Below are positions 25,456 through 39,200 of a stretch of 64,000 bases of DNA, one piece after another. The DNA is from Monocercomonoides exilis PA203 (taxonomy: Eukaryota; Protista; Preaxostyla): the NCBI GenBank assembly GCA_001643675.2, contig LSRY02000035.1, forward strand, positions 310,001 through 374,000, given 5' to 3'. Every line of letters starts with the position of its first letter. Within the stretch, counting starts at the first letter, position 1. A program made the translations under genes and the position numbers. The notes beneath the pieces were generated by a model. It saw only the letters and a program-made list of their open reading frames with translations. It was not told the DNA's origin and searched no databases.

Positions 25456-28400
25456 GATAGGAACAATTCTTGTTGAATTGGCTGGAGCTGTTTGAGAAGG
25501 ACTTTGAAGAAAGAGGAAGATCAGAAGAAGATGGAGATGGCGAAGAAGAAGAAGATGATGATGAAGCATTATTTTGCTGTAATTCTGCATTCTCTTTCTG
25601 GCTTGACATTACAGCCGACGAAGATGAGTTTAAAGACGGTGGAGCAATCAGAGCTGGTTTTGTAGCAGAAGCAGAAGAAGATGCATTCATATGCTGATGA
25701 GATGATCTAATGATAGGCATCGAAGGAAACGGATGATGTGACAGAAGAGCAGAATGATAGAAAGAAGAAGAAGACGACGACGAAGGAAAAGGCGAAGGTG
25801 AATGCGAAGAAGAAGAAGAAGATGACGATGATGATGAGGAGGAGGAGGAGAAAATAGAATATGCAGATGATAACCCAAACAGCTCAGGCGAGAAAGTGGA
25901 GATGGAATGAAGCGAAGACGATGCAAGAGAAGAATGTTGTGTGGCGGATGATGCATTAAATTTCCCTCTTTTCATTGCCTGTTTCTGCGCAGCCCATTCT
26001 TCAGCCATCTTCTTCCACTCTTTCTCTCTCCTTCGCCGATGCTTCTCTTTCCTCTTTCGCCTCAGATGGCGCAGGAGAATTGAATCGTCAGAGGAGAAGA
26101 GAGAGGAATTGGAGGTGAGTGATGATAAGGATGACGATGATGACGATGATGGTAAAGAAGAAGAAGAAAGAGAAGAAGAACGAAACGGAGAAGGAGAAGA
26201 GGAAGAAGAGGGGGAAAAAGAAAGAGAATCAGGAGATTTCGAAAGAGAACGTAGAGAACGTAGAGAACCAGATTTAGATAGACTTTTTGTATTTAAACAA
26301 GAGCCACTGTCATTTGTTGAAGTCTTATCTTCTGTTCTTTCTCTTTCATGTCTTTTGAAACGTGAAAATTTGAATGAAGATTCATCAGCCATGTTGAGCT
26401 GTGAGGGAAGCGATGCTACACTTCCAATGGAGGAAAGATGGGTGTTTTCAGAAGGAAGCATAAAGGAAGATGAGAAGGAAGAGGAAGAGGAAGAAGAAGA
26501 ATTTGGAGAAGTTGATATTTCTTTAACTTCTTGCGAATGATTCTCAAACAACATATTCGGCTGCATATCTTCCAGCTGCCTCATTCTTTCCCTCAGAACT
26601 TCACTCTGCTTTGCTTCTTTCTCTCTCATCATCTCTTTCCTCTTCTGCACCGTCTCTTCAAATGCCCTCTGATTTCGCTCTCTTTGACTCTCACGCAGCG
26701 TTTCATTCTGCATCTCAATGCTTTTCTTGTCTGATTCCATGAATGAAATGCCATCTTCATTGCCACTTCCATTTTTATCACTACATTTATTGTCACTTCT
26801 TCCATTTCTTTGTCTTCTTCTTTCTCTTTCCACACCCCACTCCATCAGTCTAAGTGATGACATCGAAAGAACTGAATGAATACCCTTCAGCTCATCACGC
26901 TGAATCTTCTCTGATATTTTCTCTTGTCTCCTTTCATTTTGTGCTCCTTTGCCTTCCTTTGTGGTTGCAATACTTATTTCTCCTTCTCTTCCTTCTCTTC
27001 CTTCTCTTCCTTCTACATTCCTCATCTGCCTCTCTTCTTTCAATAACATTCTCAATCGCTCTCTCCGCTTCCTCTTCCTCTCCTCTCTTTTCTCCATCAT
27101 CCTCAGCAGCAGCGCATCTGCTTTAGCCTCCTTTTCCCTCCGCCTCATCTCATCTTCTTCCTCTTTCTTCTTCTTCTCTTCTTCCTTCCTTTTCTCCGCT
27201 CTCCTGTCTATCTCCCTTGCAACAATCATGCACGTAAGCCCAGCCACTGCCAGAGGCATCCCGACTCCTTGTCTCCACGTGAAGGGCTCGCCAAATATCA
27301 GATAGGAAAGCAGTGCTGTCACAAAGGGCTGCATTGTTGAATAGATAGAATAGAACATTGGAGGCAGGATGCCTGCTGTGATTGATGTGAGTACATTCGC
27401 CACACACGACCCTGCGACTGTCGCAAAGGCCAGCGCAAACCAGCTGATCCATGTGTATTCTAATAGAGAGGGAAAAAGCAAGTGAGCAAAATTAGGAATA
27501 GAAGTTTGTGCAAAGAAGGAATTGGGAATATGGATAAAAAGTTTAATATGTGAATAAAAATGATAAAGATAAAGAAAATTAATGTTATTTATGATGTGTT
27601 GATACAATAATTGTGAATATCACAAACTGATTGGTTCAAATGTTTTCCACATTGGGATAACAACAAATGCCATAATCACCATGGAAATTAATGACATCCA
27701 ACTGTTAGCTGACATTGCTGGCATAATTCGAGAGCATCTTCGTTGACTTATTCGAGTCAGCGCTTGAGCAATAACATTAGCTAGCCCAAGCAAATATCCC
27801 CATGTCTCGTTAACATCAAACGGCTCCCCGCCTTCCACTCCTGCAGCAGCACTTATCATTTTGTCTATTCCCACCATTACCAGCCCTCCTGACACTGTCA
27901 AAACAATAGCGATCAAACGAAGAATTGTAAAATGTTCTTCTTTCATTATGACAGCAGCTATCATTGTTGCTATTGGTGAAAGTGTTCCAATGCATGCTTT
28001 TTATTTAAATAAAACATATCAATTTACAAAATTAGCTCAAAATTTCAACGTGAAATTCTTTCAAACCAAGTTTACCTGCATCAATAAAATTTAAAGCACA
28101 CAAATATGGAACTTGCCCAAATACTCCTCCAACAAGTGCATAAATAAAAAGATCAAGGATATGTTTCTTTTTTGGATACCAAAATCTTTCGTTTGGCAGA
28201 AACAAAGTTACAGTAAACAAAGTTACAGTGGCTAAAAAACATTGTGCAAAAGAATGTGCCAACTTCTTAAGAGAAAAAAATTTCATACCTCCAGCAAAAC
28301 GAAAAAATCCAAAAAGAATCATGTTCCATCCATCATTAACAGCATACTTTGAAAGAACAGTATATCCTACATTGACACGAAATGTTATATTTTAGCTTAA

Positions 28401-28540
28401 GTTATTGATAAAATCGAACCTGACCAAATACACTGACAAATTTTCAATAAATAAAAATTAAATTCTAGCCCTTATAAATTGCAAACTTGCACAATAATGA
28501 GCAAGACATGTGCAATGATTTGTATAAAAGTTTCATTCAT
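23846..28540 (-). CDS. EamA/DMT (WAT1/nodulin MtN21-like) transporter with a ~1,100-aa low-complexity C-terminal tail
   Basis: Spliced N-terminus reads MNETFIQIIAHVLLIIVQ|CIWSG|YTVLSKYAVNDGWNMILFGFFRF. Further EamA motifs: GQVPYLCALNF, TLSPIATMIAAVIMKEE and STMQPFVTALLSYLIFGEPFTWRQGVG. Confidence 0.85.
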
Positions 28541-28826
28541 TCTTGTTGATACACTCAATAACAGTAGACAAATGTAAAATAATGCTTATAAGTTTGTCAA
28601 AACAAAATTTTTAAAAAATATTATGGCGTGTGCCACTTTATAAAACAAGAAGGGCGAAATTAAGTTGTATAAAAATGAAAAGAAATATGAAAAAAACTCA
28701 ATAAATATCCATAGACAAATGAATTTTGCCATTTAACCGTGATTAAACACAATGATAAAAATTTAAAAAAAATTATTTATTAAAAATTACTCTACAAAAA
28801 AGACTCATATTCACACAAATAAAGAA

Positions 28827-28870
28827 TTATGTGCGAGGAGGCGGTGGAAGCTGCTTAAAGGTTAAAACCA

Positions 28871-28902
<32 letters not shown>

Positions 28903-29512
28903 GCAATACCATTATTATTATTACTTTCAGATGCAGCTGCAGGAGTTTGCGGGAGAGCCGATCGTGTGTTGAGAGAAGGCGAAGATCTCAAAAGCACCAG
29001 AGGTTTGTTTGCCATTGGGATGATGTGGCTCAGAGGATGAGAGGAGAACAAGAACTGAGTAGGGGAAGAGGCAGGAGAACACTGGGGGTGAAGAGAAGTG
29101 AAGGAAGATATTGAGGAGGAGGAAGAAGATGAAGAAAGAGGGGAAGAAGAAGGATCGAAATTAAAAGAAGAGGAGGAAGAGGAGGAAGAGGAAGAGGAGG
29201 AGGAGGAAGAAGAAGAAGAAGGAGAAGAGAACTGATCCAAAGAAGGAATCGAAAAGGAAGTCTGAATAGTTGGCGAGCTTGCAGAGGTTCGAAAGATAGT
29301 TGGATTATACTGCGGAGAAGAGGAAGAGAAGAAAGAGTTAGAGAAAGTGGGGGATTGAGAAGGGGAGAGGAAAGGGTGAATGAAATGAGAGGCAGAAGGA
29401 GAAGTAGGAGAGACGGCTGAAGAGAAGAGGTTGGCTGGGGAAGTTGGGGGAAGCAGGCTGGGAAGAGAGGAGGAGGAGGGGAAGGAAGAAGAAGAAGAAG
29501 AAGAAGAAGAAG

Positions 29513-29543
<31 letters not shown>

Positions 29544-30171
29544 GGAAGAAGAGGAGGAGGAATTAGAATTAACTGAAGAAGAAGAAGAAGAAAATGAATT
29601 AGAAGAAGAATTGTTAGAAGAAGAGAATCCATTAGAGAACGTGAGGGGAAGCAGAGCAGAAAGAGAGCCATAAGAGCTCTGTGGGAGGGCAGAGGATGAA
29701 TTCAGCTGTGATTCATCAGGTGGAGTGGGAGGGGTGTATCCAAAGGAGAGAGAAGAGAGAGTGGAAAGAGAATGAGAAGAAGGCACAAGAGTGAAGGGGG
29801 CAAAGAGAGAGGCAGCGACGGCAGGAGAGGCAGAAGAAGAAGAAGAGGAGGAGGAGGAGGAAGAAGAGGAAGAAAAGGTTGAAGAAGTAGAGATTGAAGA
29901 AGAAGAAGAAGTTAATGCATGAGGAGGAGGAGAGGATGTTGGAAAAGCCACAGCAGAAGGAGAGAAGGAGGCAGTATAGAAAGAAGAAGGATATGCGGGG
30001 GAGTTCAAGAAAATTGGCTGTTCATTCAGATTGGAGTTGGAATTGGAGTTTGAAATAGAAGCAGAAATTGTAGGGGAGCCTGTGGAGGCTGAGAGGAAGA
30101 GAGGAGAGGAAGAATCTAATGAAGAAGAAGAAGAAGAAGAAGAAGAATAAGAATAAGAATAAGAATAAGAA

Positions 30172-30222
<51 letters not shown>

Positions 30223-30223
30223 A

Positions 30224-30254
<31 letters not shown>

Positions 30255-33200
30255 GGAAGAAGAAGAATTGGAAGAAGAAGAAGAAACAGATAGAGATTGA
30301 TATGGAGCAGACTGAGTAAACTGAGTTTTTGAGGCAAACGAAGAGGCAGAATTCGAAACAGACAACGAAGATAAAGCAGCAGCAGACAAAGAAGAAGAAG
30401 AAGAAGAAGAAGAAGAAATAGAGCCAGCAGCAGAGCCAGAAGCAGAAATCAAGCTGTCTTCATTCGACGACTGGAGAGAAGAGAAAGGAAGGCCAAACAC
30501 ACTGCGGTGCGCAAGATCAGAGTGAGTAGAAGCAGTCGAGCCCGACCGCTGGTGCTTGAAGCGGCAGGGCATGTTGCATCCACCACTTCCTCCACTTCCT
30601 CCTCCTCCATTGTAATTCACATAATTGCTTCCATTGTAACTTCCAGCAAAACCTCCAGAAAAACTTCCATTGAAGCTGTTATTATACCCACTTCCATTAC
30701 AATTGCTACAGATCCCTCCATATCCAATGCTTCCTCCAATACTTCCATTGCTAATTCCGCTGTATCCCAAATAAGCTCCTTGCTGCTCCAACTCCTGCAT
30801 CTCCTCTGATGTTATCTCAGGAGACAGAGAAAGAGAAAGAGAGAACGAAGAGGCATTCGATGAAGATGATGAAAGCGCTAGAGAAGGCTCTGGTGATTGG
30901 AGGATGAGTGGCTGCTGCTGTAATTGAAATTGTTGTTGTTGTGATTGCTGTTGTTGTTGCTGTTGTTGATATTCAACAGAAGGCAGAGGAAGTACAGCAT
31001 ACACTTGTGACACACTGGGCATCTGGTTGCTTTCTCTTGATGGATGAGACGAAGAGGAAGAAGAAGGTGTTATGTTAGCATTGTTCTGATTGTTGGATAT
31101 GCCTGAAATACTCATCATCCCATTGGCAGTAGTATTATCAGTGGAAAAGGCTGTGGTTGCAGCTGTGGCTGTGGCTGTGTGGATGGCTCCTGCTGTTGTT
31201 TCAGTTGATTGAGCAATAGAAGATGTTGTTGGTGCTGCTAATGTTGATGCATTCACTGTTTCTGATGCTGCTGCTGCATCTGCTGTTGATGATGATGATG
31301 ATGTTGTTGTTGTGGTTTCTGCTTTCATGTGGTGTTTCTCTTGCTGCCCCATCCTCAATGCAAACGATGATCCTTCTAATGGAAGCGCAAAATTCATCGG
31401 CGCTGGCTCAAACCCAATCTGCCGGCGGAACAATTGCTCCGCATCATCTTTCCCTTCGCCTTCCCCTCCTTCACAAAATGTTCTTTCTCCTCTTCTTCCT
31501 TTTCCTCCTTCTCTTCCTCTTTCCCTTCCCACTTCTTCTGCTGCCATTGTTGTTCTCATAGAAGTCATAGTATTCATCCCTGTTAATGCTCCGGCTGTTA
31601 TCATTTCCTTTTCAACATTTCTGTTGAAAGATTTCATCTGAGAAGCATCAAACACACAATTCGCTTCTCTTCCTTTCTGCTCTTTTCTTCTTTGCTCTGT
31701 CTGCAACAGCAGCATTTGATTATTGTTGCTGTTGTATTTGATGTTATTATTGCAATTGCCATAGCTGTTGCGATAGTAATCGTCTGCATTGTAAATTCCA
31801 CCCAGCTGCCTCCGGTTGTTGTTGTTGCTGCTGCTGCTGCTGTTGTAAGCCTCATCAAGGAAAGATGATGAAGTAGAAGAAGAAGAAGATGTTGTTGTTG
31901 ATGAGGAGGAGGAAGAAGAAGAAGAAGATGATGATGATGATGAGTTCATAGAAGATGAAGATGCCACAGTGCTGCCACTTGTATATGAATTCGTGGTCGA
32001 TGGATACGAACACGAATAGCTCGACATCTCATTCGAAGGCGGAAGCGAAATAGAAAGTGCCTGCTGCTGAATTAGCTGCATTTGTTGCATCTGTTGTTGT
32101 TGTTGTTGTTTTGGCACAAAAAGCTGTTTTTGTTGCCTCATTTGAAATTGCATGTGTTCTCTGTTAAATAGTGGCTCTGCTAGTGACAGGATGGGTGACG
32201 GCGAGGCAATGGGGGAGGTGACGTATGAGGGAGAGACAGGAGAAAGAGAACAGATAGAAGAGATAGAAGGAGTGGCAGACATTGAGGAGATCTGGACAGT
32301 GCGGATGGAGGATGGATGGGGAGAAGGGATTAAACCAGATGAGGAAGAAGAAGAAGATGATGATGAGGAGGAAGAAGATGATGATGATGGAGGAGTAGTA
32401 TCAGAAGCAGAGGAAGAGGAGGAGGAGGAGGAGGAGGAAGCAGAAGTCGAAGCTGACTCACAAGAAGACATCGAAGTATCTGTGACAGGTGCTGACGAGA
32501 TAGCAGAGGGAAAGAAAGAAGGGTTGGATGAGAGCGAAGCAGCTGCAGATGTAGCGTCAGAAGAGTATGGCTGATAGGGCTGATAAGAAGGATAAGGTGG
32601 GTGTGCATGCTGAGTGAGCTCAGACATAACTTGTCTGTCTGGAGGGTTTGTCAGCAGCTCCTGGAGTGGAATGGATTTGGAGGAGGAAGAATGCACAGGA
32701 TAATCCGAATCACTGGAGAAAGGGAAGGAAAGCGGAGGATGAGGAGGAGAAAGAGCAAGGTGTTGGTGGAGCTGGCTGATTGGGCGGTATAAGGGAACAG
32801 ACATGGGGAGATGAGACAGCAAGTCAGTCGGGGATGCTCCGGCTCCACTTGGTCTGCCTGTATTACTTGTATTACTAGCATTGTTTGTACTGCTTGTATT
32901 TATTGTATTATTGATTGTGTTATTGATTGTGTTATTGATTGTGTTATTGATTGTGTTATTGATTGTGTTATTGATTGTGTTATTGATTGTGTTATTGATT
33001 GTGTTATTGATTGTGTTATTGATTGTGTTATTGATTGTGTTATTGATTGTGTTATTGATTGTGTTATTGATTGTGTTAATTGTATTGCTTGGAGGTGTTA
33101 TATTCGATGCATATGACGCATTCGACGCATTCGACGCATTCGATGCATTTGAACAATTTCCAGCATATTCCATGCTTCTTGTCTGGGCAAGTGCTGGTGT

Positions 33201-36200
33201 CATTATCTCCTTCCCCCTTTCCACCCCATCTTCCATTCTCTTGCTGCTTCCAGTTGCATTCAACGGCTCAAGCTGATTGAACGTGGCCCGCACAGCCTGT
33301 TCTGGTCTCCTCCCAATCCATGATCGTGCTGAGTGGATCATCGTCACTGATCCCTCGCTATCTGCTGTGCTGTTCTGGTTGTGCAGATCCAGCTTCGAAG
33401 GGTGGCGGTGCTTTGTTCTCTCGTCTGTCAAACCCAAAATTGCCCAGTTGTCAATTGTCTGTCCGGTTGTGTTATTGTCATCTTCACCGTCATCATCTTC
33501 ATTGTCGATGTTGTTATTATTATCAGTATCATCGTCTTTGTCTCCTTCCTCTTCTTCCTCCTCTTCTTCTTCTTCCACATCTGTATTGCTCCTCCTCATC
33601 CTCCTCCTCTTTCTCCTCTTATTCTTCTTCGTAGTCTTCTTCTTCTTCTTCAGCATCTTCATCTTCTGCTGTTCATCACATGTGCTGCGTGCAACAACCA
33701 TGTCTGTCATTGCTGACAGCACTTCATCCACAGGCAAGCTGGGTGAGTCAGAATGTGGAGATGGCTCTGCAGACAGCGAAAGAGGGCCAGGTGCAACAAG
33801 CTGTGGAGAAGGCGATAGAGACAGAGATGGAGACAATGAAACAGACATTGAGGCAGATGCAGACAGAGAGGCAGACATTGAGAGAGAGGCAGCTGAGTGG
33901 AAGAAGGATGGGTCAGCTGGGGGTGAGTGCATGGGAGAGATGGAGGTGTGGTGGAATGGGAGGCGTGTGGCTGCACGGGACTGGTAGTGGCGCAGTTTGA
34001 CAGACGATGGCTGGTTTGTGCTGCTGCAGGTGTTGCTACGCTCATCATTCTCATTCTGGTCAATGACATCTGTATTATCTATGTTATCAATGTTATCTGT
34101 GTGACTGTTATTAGTAGCATTTGACATGTTAGAGATGTTTGTGATCATCTCAATGGCAGAAGAAGGATTGTTCTGTGAGTGCATCTGGGGCAGCAGAGAA
34201 CGTGTGGACTCTGAGTGAAGCAGAGGCTGTGCCCTGGCAGCGTAGACAGCTGCAAAATCAGCATCCAAATCGTCTCGAATGGGAAGCAACGGGAAAGAAG
34301 AAGTCTTCTTCATTGTCCTGTGCTGGCGGCAGTATTCGCAGTGGTGTTGATTGGGTTGATTCTGGTTATTATGATTACTATGATTATCATCATGATGATA
34401 ATGGTGATTGTGTTGATGGCAATGATCACAGCACCGATGATAATGTTGCTGCTCATCAGAGCGAGCAGACAAAGGCCACAGGAAAGGCAGCTCTCTCGTG
34501 TTCACTTTCTCTCCCTTCTGAATCGCACACACAACCTCCTCTGTCTTCTCTATCAGCGCCCTTCTCATATTCTCCCTCAGAAACTTCTTTTCGGCCTGCC
34601 TATGCATCATCATTTCCCTCAGACGTATTGCAAACTCCTGTCTGTTCGGTGTCAGCAGATCCATATCGTCTCTACTCCTCCCAACAGACACACTTGCAGT
34701 TCTACTCATTCCACTCATCCCAGATGCACATGACGCACAAGATGCGCCAGAGGAGATAGTGCAAACAGATGAAGAGCTGTTGAACTTCTCCTGTGAAAGT
34801 GCAGCAACTGAACTTGAATTAGACTTTCTGTTTAAGCTTTGTTTGGGCTTTGGACTCCGTTTCTGCTTGGGCTTGGGTGTTTGTGCCTTTCGGGAAATCT
34901 TTGGTGAGACTTTGAGTGAAGTTGATCCACGTGATGCAGGAGAGAGTGAAAGAGATGGATGGAAGGAAAGAGCTTGCAATTGAGACTGAGACTGTGAACG
35001 AGATTGTGCTAGAGTCTTCAACGGAGCCTTTCCGAGTAATGTGGATATTGTCTTGACAGATGCAGAAGTTGGTGTTGTTATCATAGCAGTTGCATTTGTT
35101 GCTGTAGTAGTTGTTGTTGATCCTCCAATTGTTGGAGATGCAAATTCTCCTTCAACAGCATGTGCAGATGGTGATGTTTCACTCTCTCCCTGCACATTCC
35201 CAGCAACTCCACTCTTCGTATTTCCTTTCTGTCTGCTTCCTCCTCCTCCCACAACTACTGCTCCTCCGCTCCCTGCTTGTATCGGTTGTACACCTGTATG
35301 ACTCATCTGGCACTTCGAAGAATGATGGGCAGAATCCGCATCAGTGCGCCTTGCAGGTGAAAAGGAAGGAGAAAAGGGGGAGGTTGAAGGAGACACATCT
35401 GGAAAAGGTAGAGATTGCCTCGATGGTGATGGGCTCATCAGCTGTGGAGTTGAATGAGGGATAAGCGACAAAACGGGGGATTCCGTTGTGGAGTAAGAAC
35501 TTGCGGGTGAGGGAAACAGATCAGACATGGAAGACAAAGAGCCATGAGAGAGCATAGGTGTCTGGATCTCAGAGGGAGAAGGGGAGGTCTGCAGGATGGT
35601 GGAAGCGAGGGAAGGAAGAGTGGAGTGAGAGACAAGATTTCCTTGTTTCTGCATTTGATGTGTGTCTGTCTGTGAGTATGAGGTGGAGGTGGTTGTGTGG
35701 CCAATGTCTGGAGAGACGTGCCGTTGCTGCTGCTGATATTGGAGCTGATACTGCTGATGATACTGCTTGTGTTGATGCCCAGGTGAGGTGGAAGAGGAAG
35801 GAGAGATGCATGAGACAGATGAAGGCGACGATGCAGACGGTGACTGGAGTGAGCGTTCCAATGAATGTGCCTTTTGTGCCTTTTGTGTTTTTTGAATGGT
35901 CTGTGTTGTCTTTGCAGTTTCTGCTGATTGAATAGAATGGATCGATAGGATTGATGATTGGACTGATTGGACTGACTGTGAAGATGACAGCGAGTGCTGC
36001 ATTGCAGCTGATCCACTGGTGCTCATGCTGAGCTGGCCAGTGGCTGAGGAAGACGATGTGGAGTTTGTGCGTTGGATGCTGTGGACAGACAGAGGAAGAG
36101 ATGCACTACTCAGCATGTGTGTTTCGTTGTTAACGTGGCTGAGTCTGTTGAGTACGTTGTGACTATCACTGTTGTTGATGTTGCAATGGATAGCGGTGTT

Positions 36201-39200
36201 AATGTTGTTTCCTTCATCACTGCTGCTACTGCTTGTGGCAGTGGTAGTCGTAATTGCACAACTGTTGATGTGGTTAACACCTGTTGCCAATGAGGCAGTT
36301 GATGATGATATTGTTGCTGCTGATGTTATTGGTGCATTTGGTGCAATGTTACTACTCCCTCCATTCGATCCTGTAGACATCACTGTGGCTGGTGTTGATG
36401 GTGTGATTGCATTTGAGACGGCATTGCTCAACACACTGTACGACGATGACGAAGACAGTCCAGTTGAGTTTGTACATTGTTGTTGTTGCTGATGATGCTG
36501 TTGCTGGGATAAACACCCTCCTTTCTCCCATTCCTGTGCTGAGTGAGCAGCATCCATCCCGTGTTCCACCTCGAAATGGTGAAGGGAAATGTGCTTGAGT
36601 GAGCGTGTGGAGTATGTTGGAGTAGCTGAGCGGTTCGACTTGGAGCGGCGAGATAGCGTGCGGCTGGTGTGAGAGCGGGAGTTAGCATGCGAATTGGTGC
36701 GGGAACGTGAGTGCGATTGTGAGTGGGAATGGGAATGAGATTTCGAATGGGAGTTAGAATGAGAGTGGGAATGGGAATGGGAATGGGAATGGGAATGGGA
36801 ATGGGAATGGGAATGAGAATGAGAATGAGATCGGGAGCGTGTCTTGTTGGAGACTGTTGAGCGGATGGTTCTGTTTGATAGGGAAGGCGTGAGAGAAGAC
36901 ATGTGCAGTGTTTGGAAGGACTTTCTCTCAGATGATGGCTGGCTGTCAAAATGAACGGGATCGACGCTGGAATAAGGATGGGAGTACTGGTTGTGGGTTG
37001 TAAGAGCAGATAAGTGCAAGGGAGGGACAAGAGAGCGGGCAAGCATGGAAGAGGAAGAGGAAGATGAAGAAGATGCATAGACTGCAGAAGTGTTCCCATG
37101 ATTATTGTCACTGTTATTGTTGTTGTTGTTGTTAGCACTTCCACTTCCATATGTATTCATATTGACATCATCAGGAGACTTAAACACACCATCTGATGGT
37201 GGTGGCATCAACAGAGCTGAAGAGGAAGATGAAGATGAAGATGAAGACACATCTGAAGACGTTGCTATTGCACCTGATGATCCAGCAACTTTCTCTTCTG
37301 ATTCTCTTCCTCCCATCCCATTCTCCTTCCCATCCACTCTTTCTGTTCCATTTCCCTCTTCCTTTGGAGGGGCCAACAGTTCCTGTACACTCGGAAACAC
37401 CATCTTCTCAGCTTCTGACGATGTGCTGTGCACACTCCATGAGACAGAAGAAGAGAGCATTCCTTTCTGCGCAAGCATATCATACTCCTTCGGCCACACA
37501 ATGCTGCCTGTTAAAGGGGATATAGAACCCAGGGGATATGAAAATGCAAGAGTGTTCATGTTGTTGCTAATGTTATTCATGTTATTCATGCTATTGATGT
37601 TATTCATGTTATTCATATTGTTTATGTTACTGATGTTACTAATGTTGTTGAGGCTGTTGATGCCATTGCTGTAAAGGATGCTGTTAATGTTGGCATAATT
37701 ATTACTGTTGTTATTGCTATCGATGTTGTTTGGATAGTTATTTGGAAGCTGGCTTTGCTGAAATGAGAGAAGAGGTGTCCCTATTGTAAAAAGCATAGAA
37801 GATTGTTGTGCCAATGGAGATGATGACAAGGAAAAAGAAGATGAAGTAGATAAAGAAGAAGAAGAAGAAGATGATGATGATGATGATGATGAAGGAGTTA
37901 AAGAAGATGAAGCAGCAGTAATGTCTTGGGGTATATCCGTGTTCAGCAGTTCATTTGCCTTGTTTTTAGCTGTTTTGTTCTGTTTGGGCACAAATGGAGC
38001 AACAGAAGAAGAAAGCTGCAGACGCTTAGTAATTGAGGTTGATGAAGGAGAAGAAGAAGATAGAGAAGAAGAAGGCAAAGATAAAGAGGAGGAAGAAGAA
38101 GATAATGATGAAGATGAAGAATTAGAAGAATTAGAAGTTGAAGATATTCCGTGCAACCCTATCAGCTGAGCAGATGCATTTTCATTAAAACCATCTTCAG
38201 TGTTGTCTGTTGCAGTGAGTGGGACATCCTGTGAAAGTTCTGAAGACAATCCCAAATGGCTTGCTTGATTATGAGCAGAAGATAAAGAAGAGATTGAAGA
38301 CAGAGAAGAAACAGAAGAAAGAGAGGAAAGAGAGGAAATGGAAGAAAGAGAAGGAAAAGAAGGAAGAGGTGGGGGAGGTGGTGGCGGAAGGCTAAGTTTT
38401 GTAAGTGATCGAGAATTGGAATGAGATGAGAAAGAAGAAGGAGAGAATGAGGAGGCAGAAGAAATGGAAGAAGAAGAGGAAGAAGATGATGTTGATGTTG
38501 ACGAAGGAAAAGTAGATGAAGAAGAGGTGGAAGAAGTTGAAGAGGTTGAAGAGGTTGAAGAGGTAGAAGAAGATGATGAAAGAGGAGAAGGAGAGGAAGA
38601 GGAAGACGGTAAAGAAGAAGCAGATAGAGAAGAGGAAGAGAGCATCAGAAGAGGAGATGAGGTGGAAAGAGGGGACTGGGAAGAAGGCAATGAAGATGGA
38701 TAAGAAGAAGGACAGGAGGAAGGGTAAGAGGAAGAATAAGAAGAGGAGGAGGAGGAAGAGGAAGAAGGGTATGAAGAAGAAGAGGATGAGGAAGAAGAAG
38801 AAGAACCCGTGTTTGGTTGAATGATATTGTTTGGATTCAGTGCAGGTGATTGTTTGCCGAGAGGAGATGGAAGCTGTACTGGGATATGAAATGAAGACGA
38901 ATAAGACTTTGTGGATGGTCCTGCAAATGAGCTGTTTCGAGGAGAAAGAGAGGAAGAGGAAGAAGAAGATGAGGAGGAGGATGATGAGGAGGAGGAGGAG
39001 GAAGAAGAAGAAGAAGACGAAGAGGAGAAAGGAGATGAAGAAGAAGAAACAGAATCATAACCCATGTTTTGTTGAGCAGATGAAACTGGCAATGCATTCA
39101 ATGAATGATTGATCTGTTGAGAATAACCAGAGTAATTGCTTGCAGGCAAAATAATGCTTCCATCATCAGCAATGGAAAGATGAGTGAAAGATGGAAGAGG

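Noticed and set aside
32902-33078. Regular repeat array as a possible CRISPR
   Set aside because: Head-to-tail 12-mers with no spacers, in frame within a eukaryotic exon, and no cas genes.
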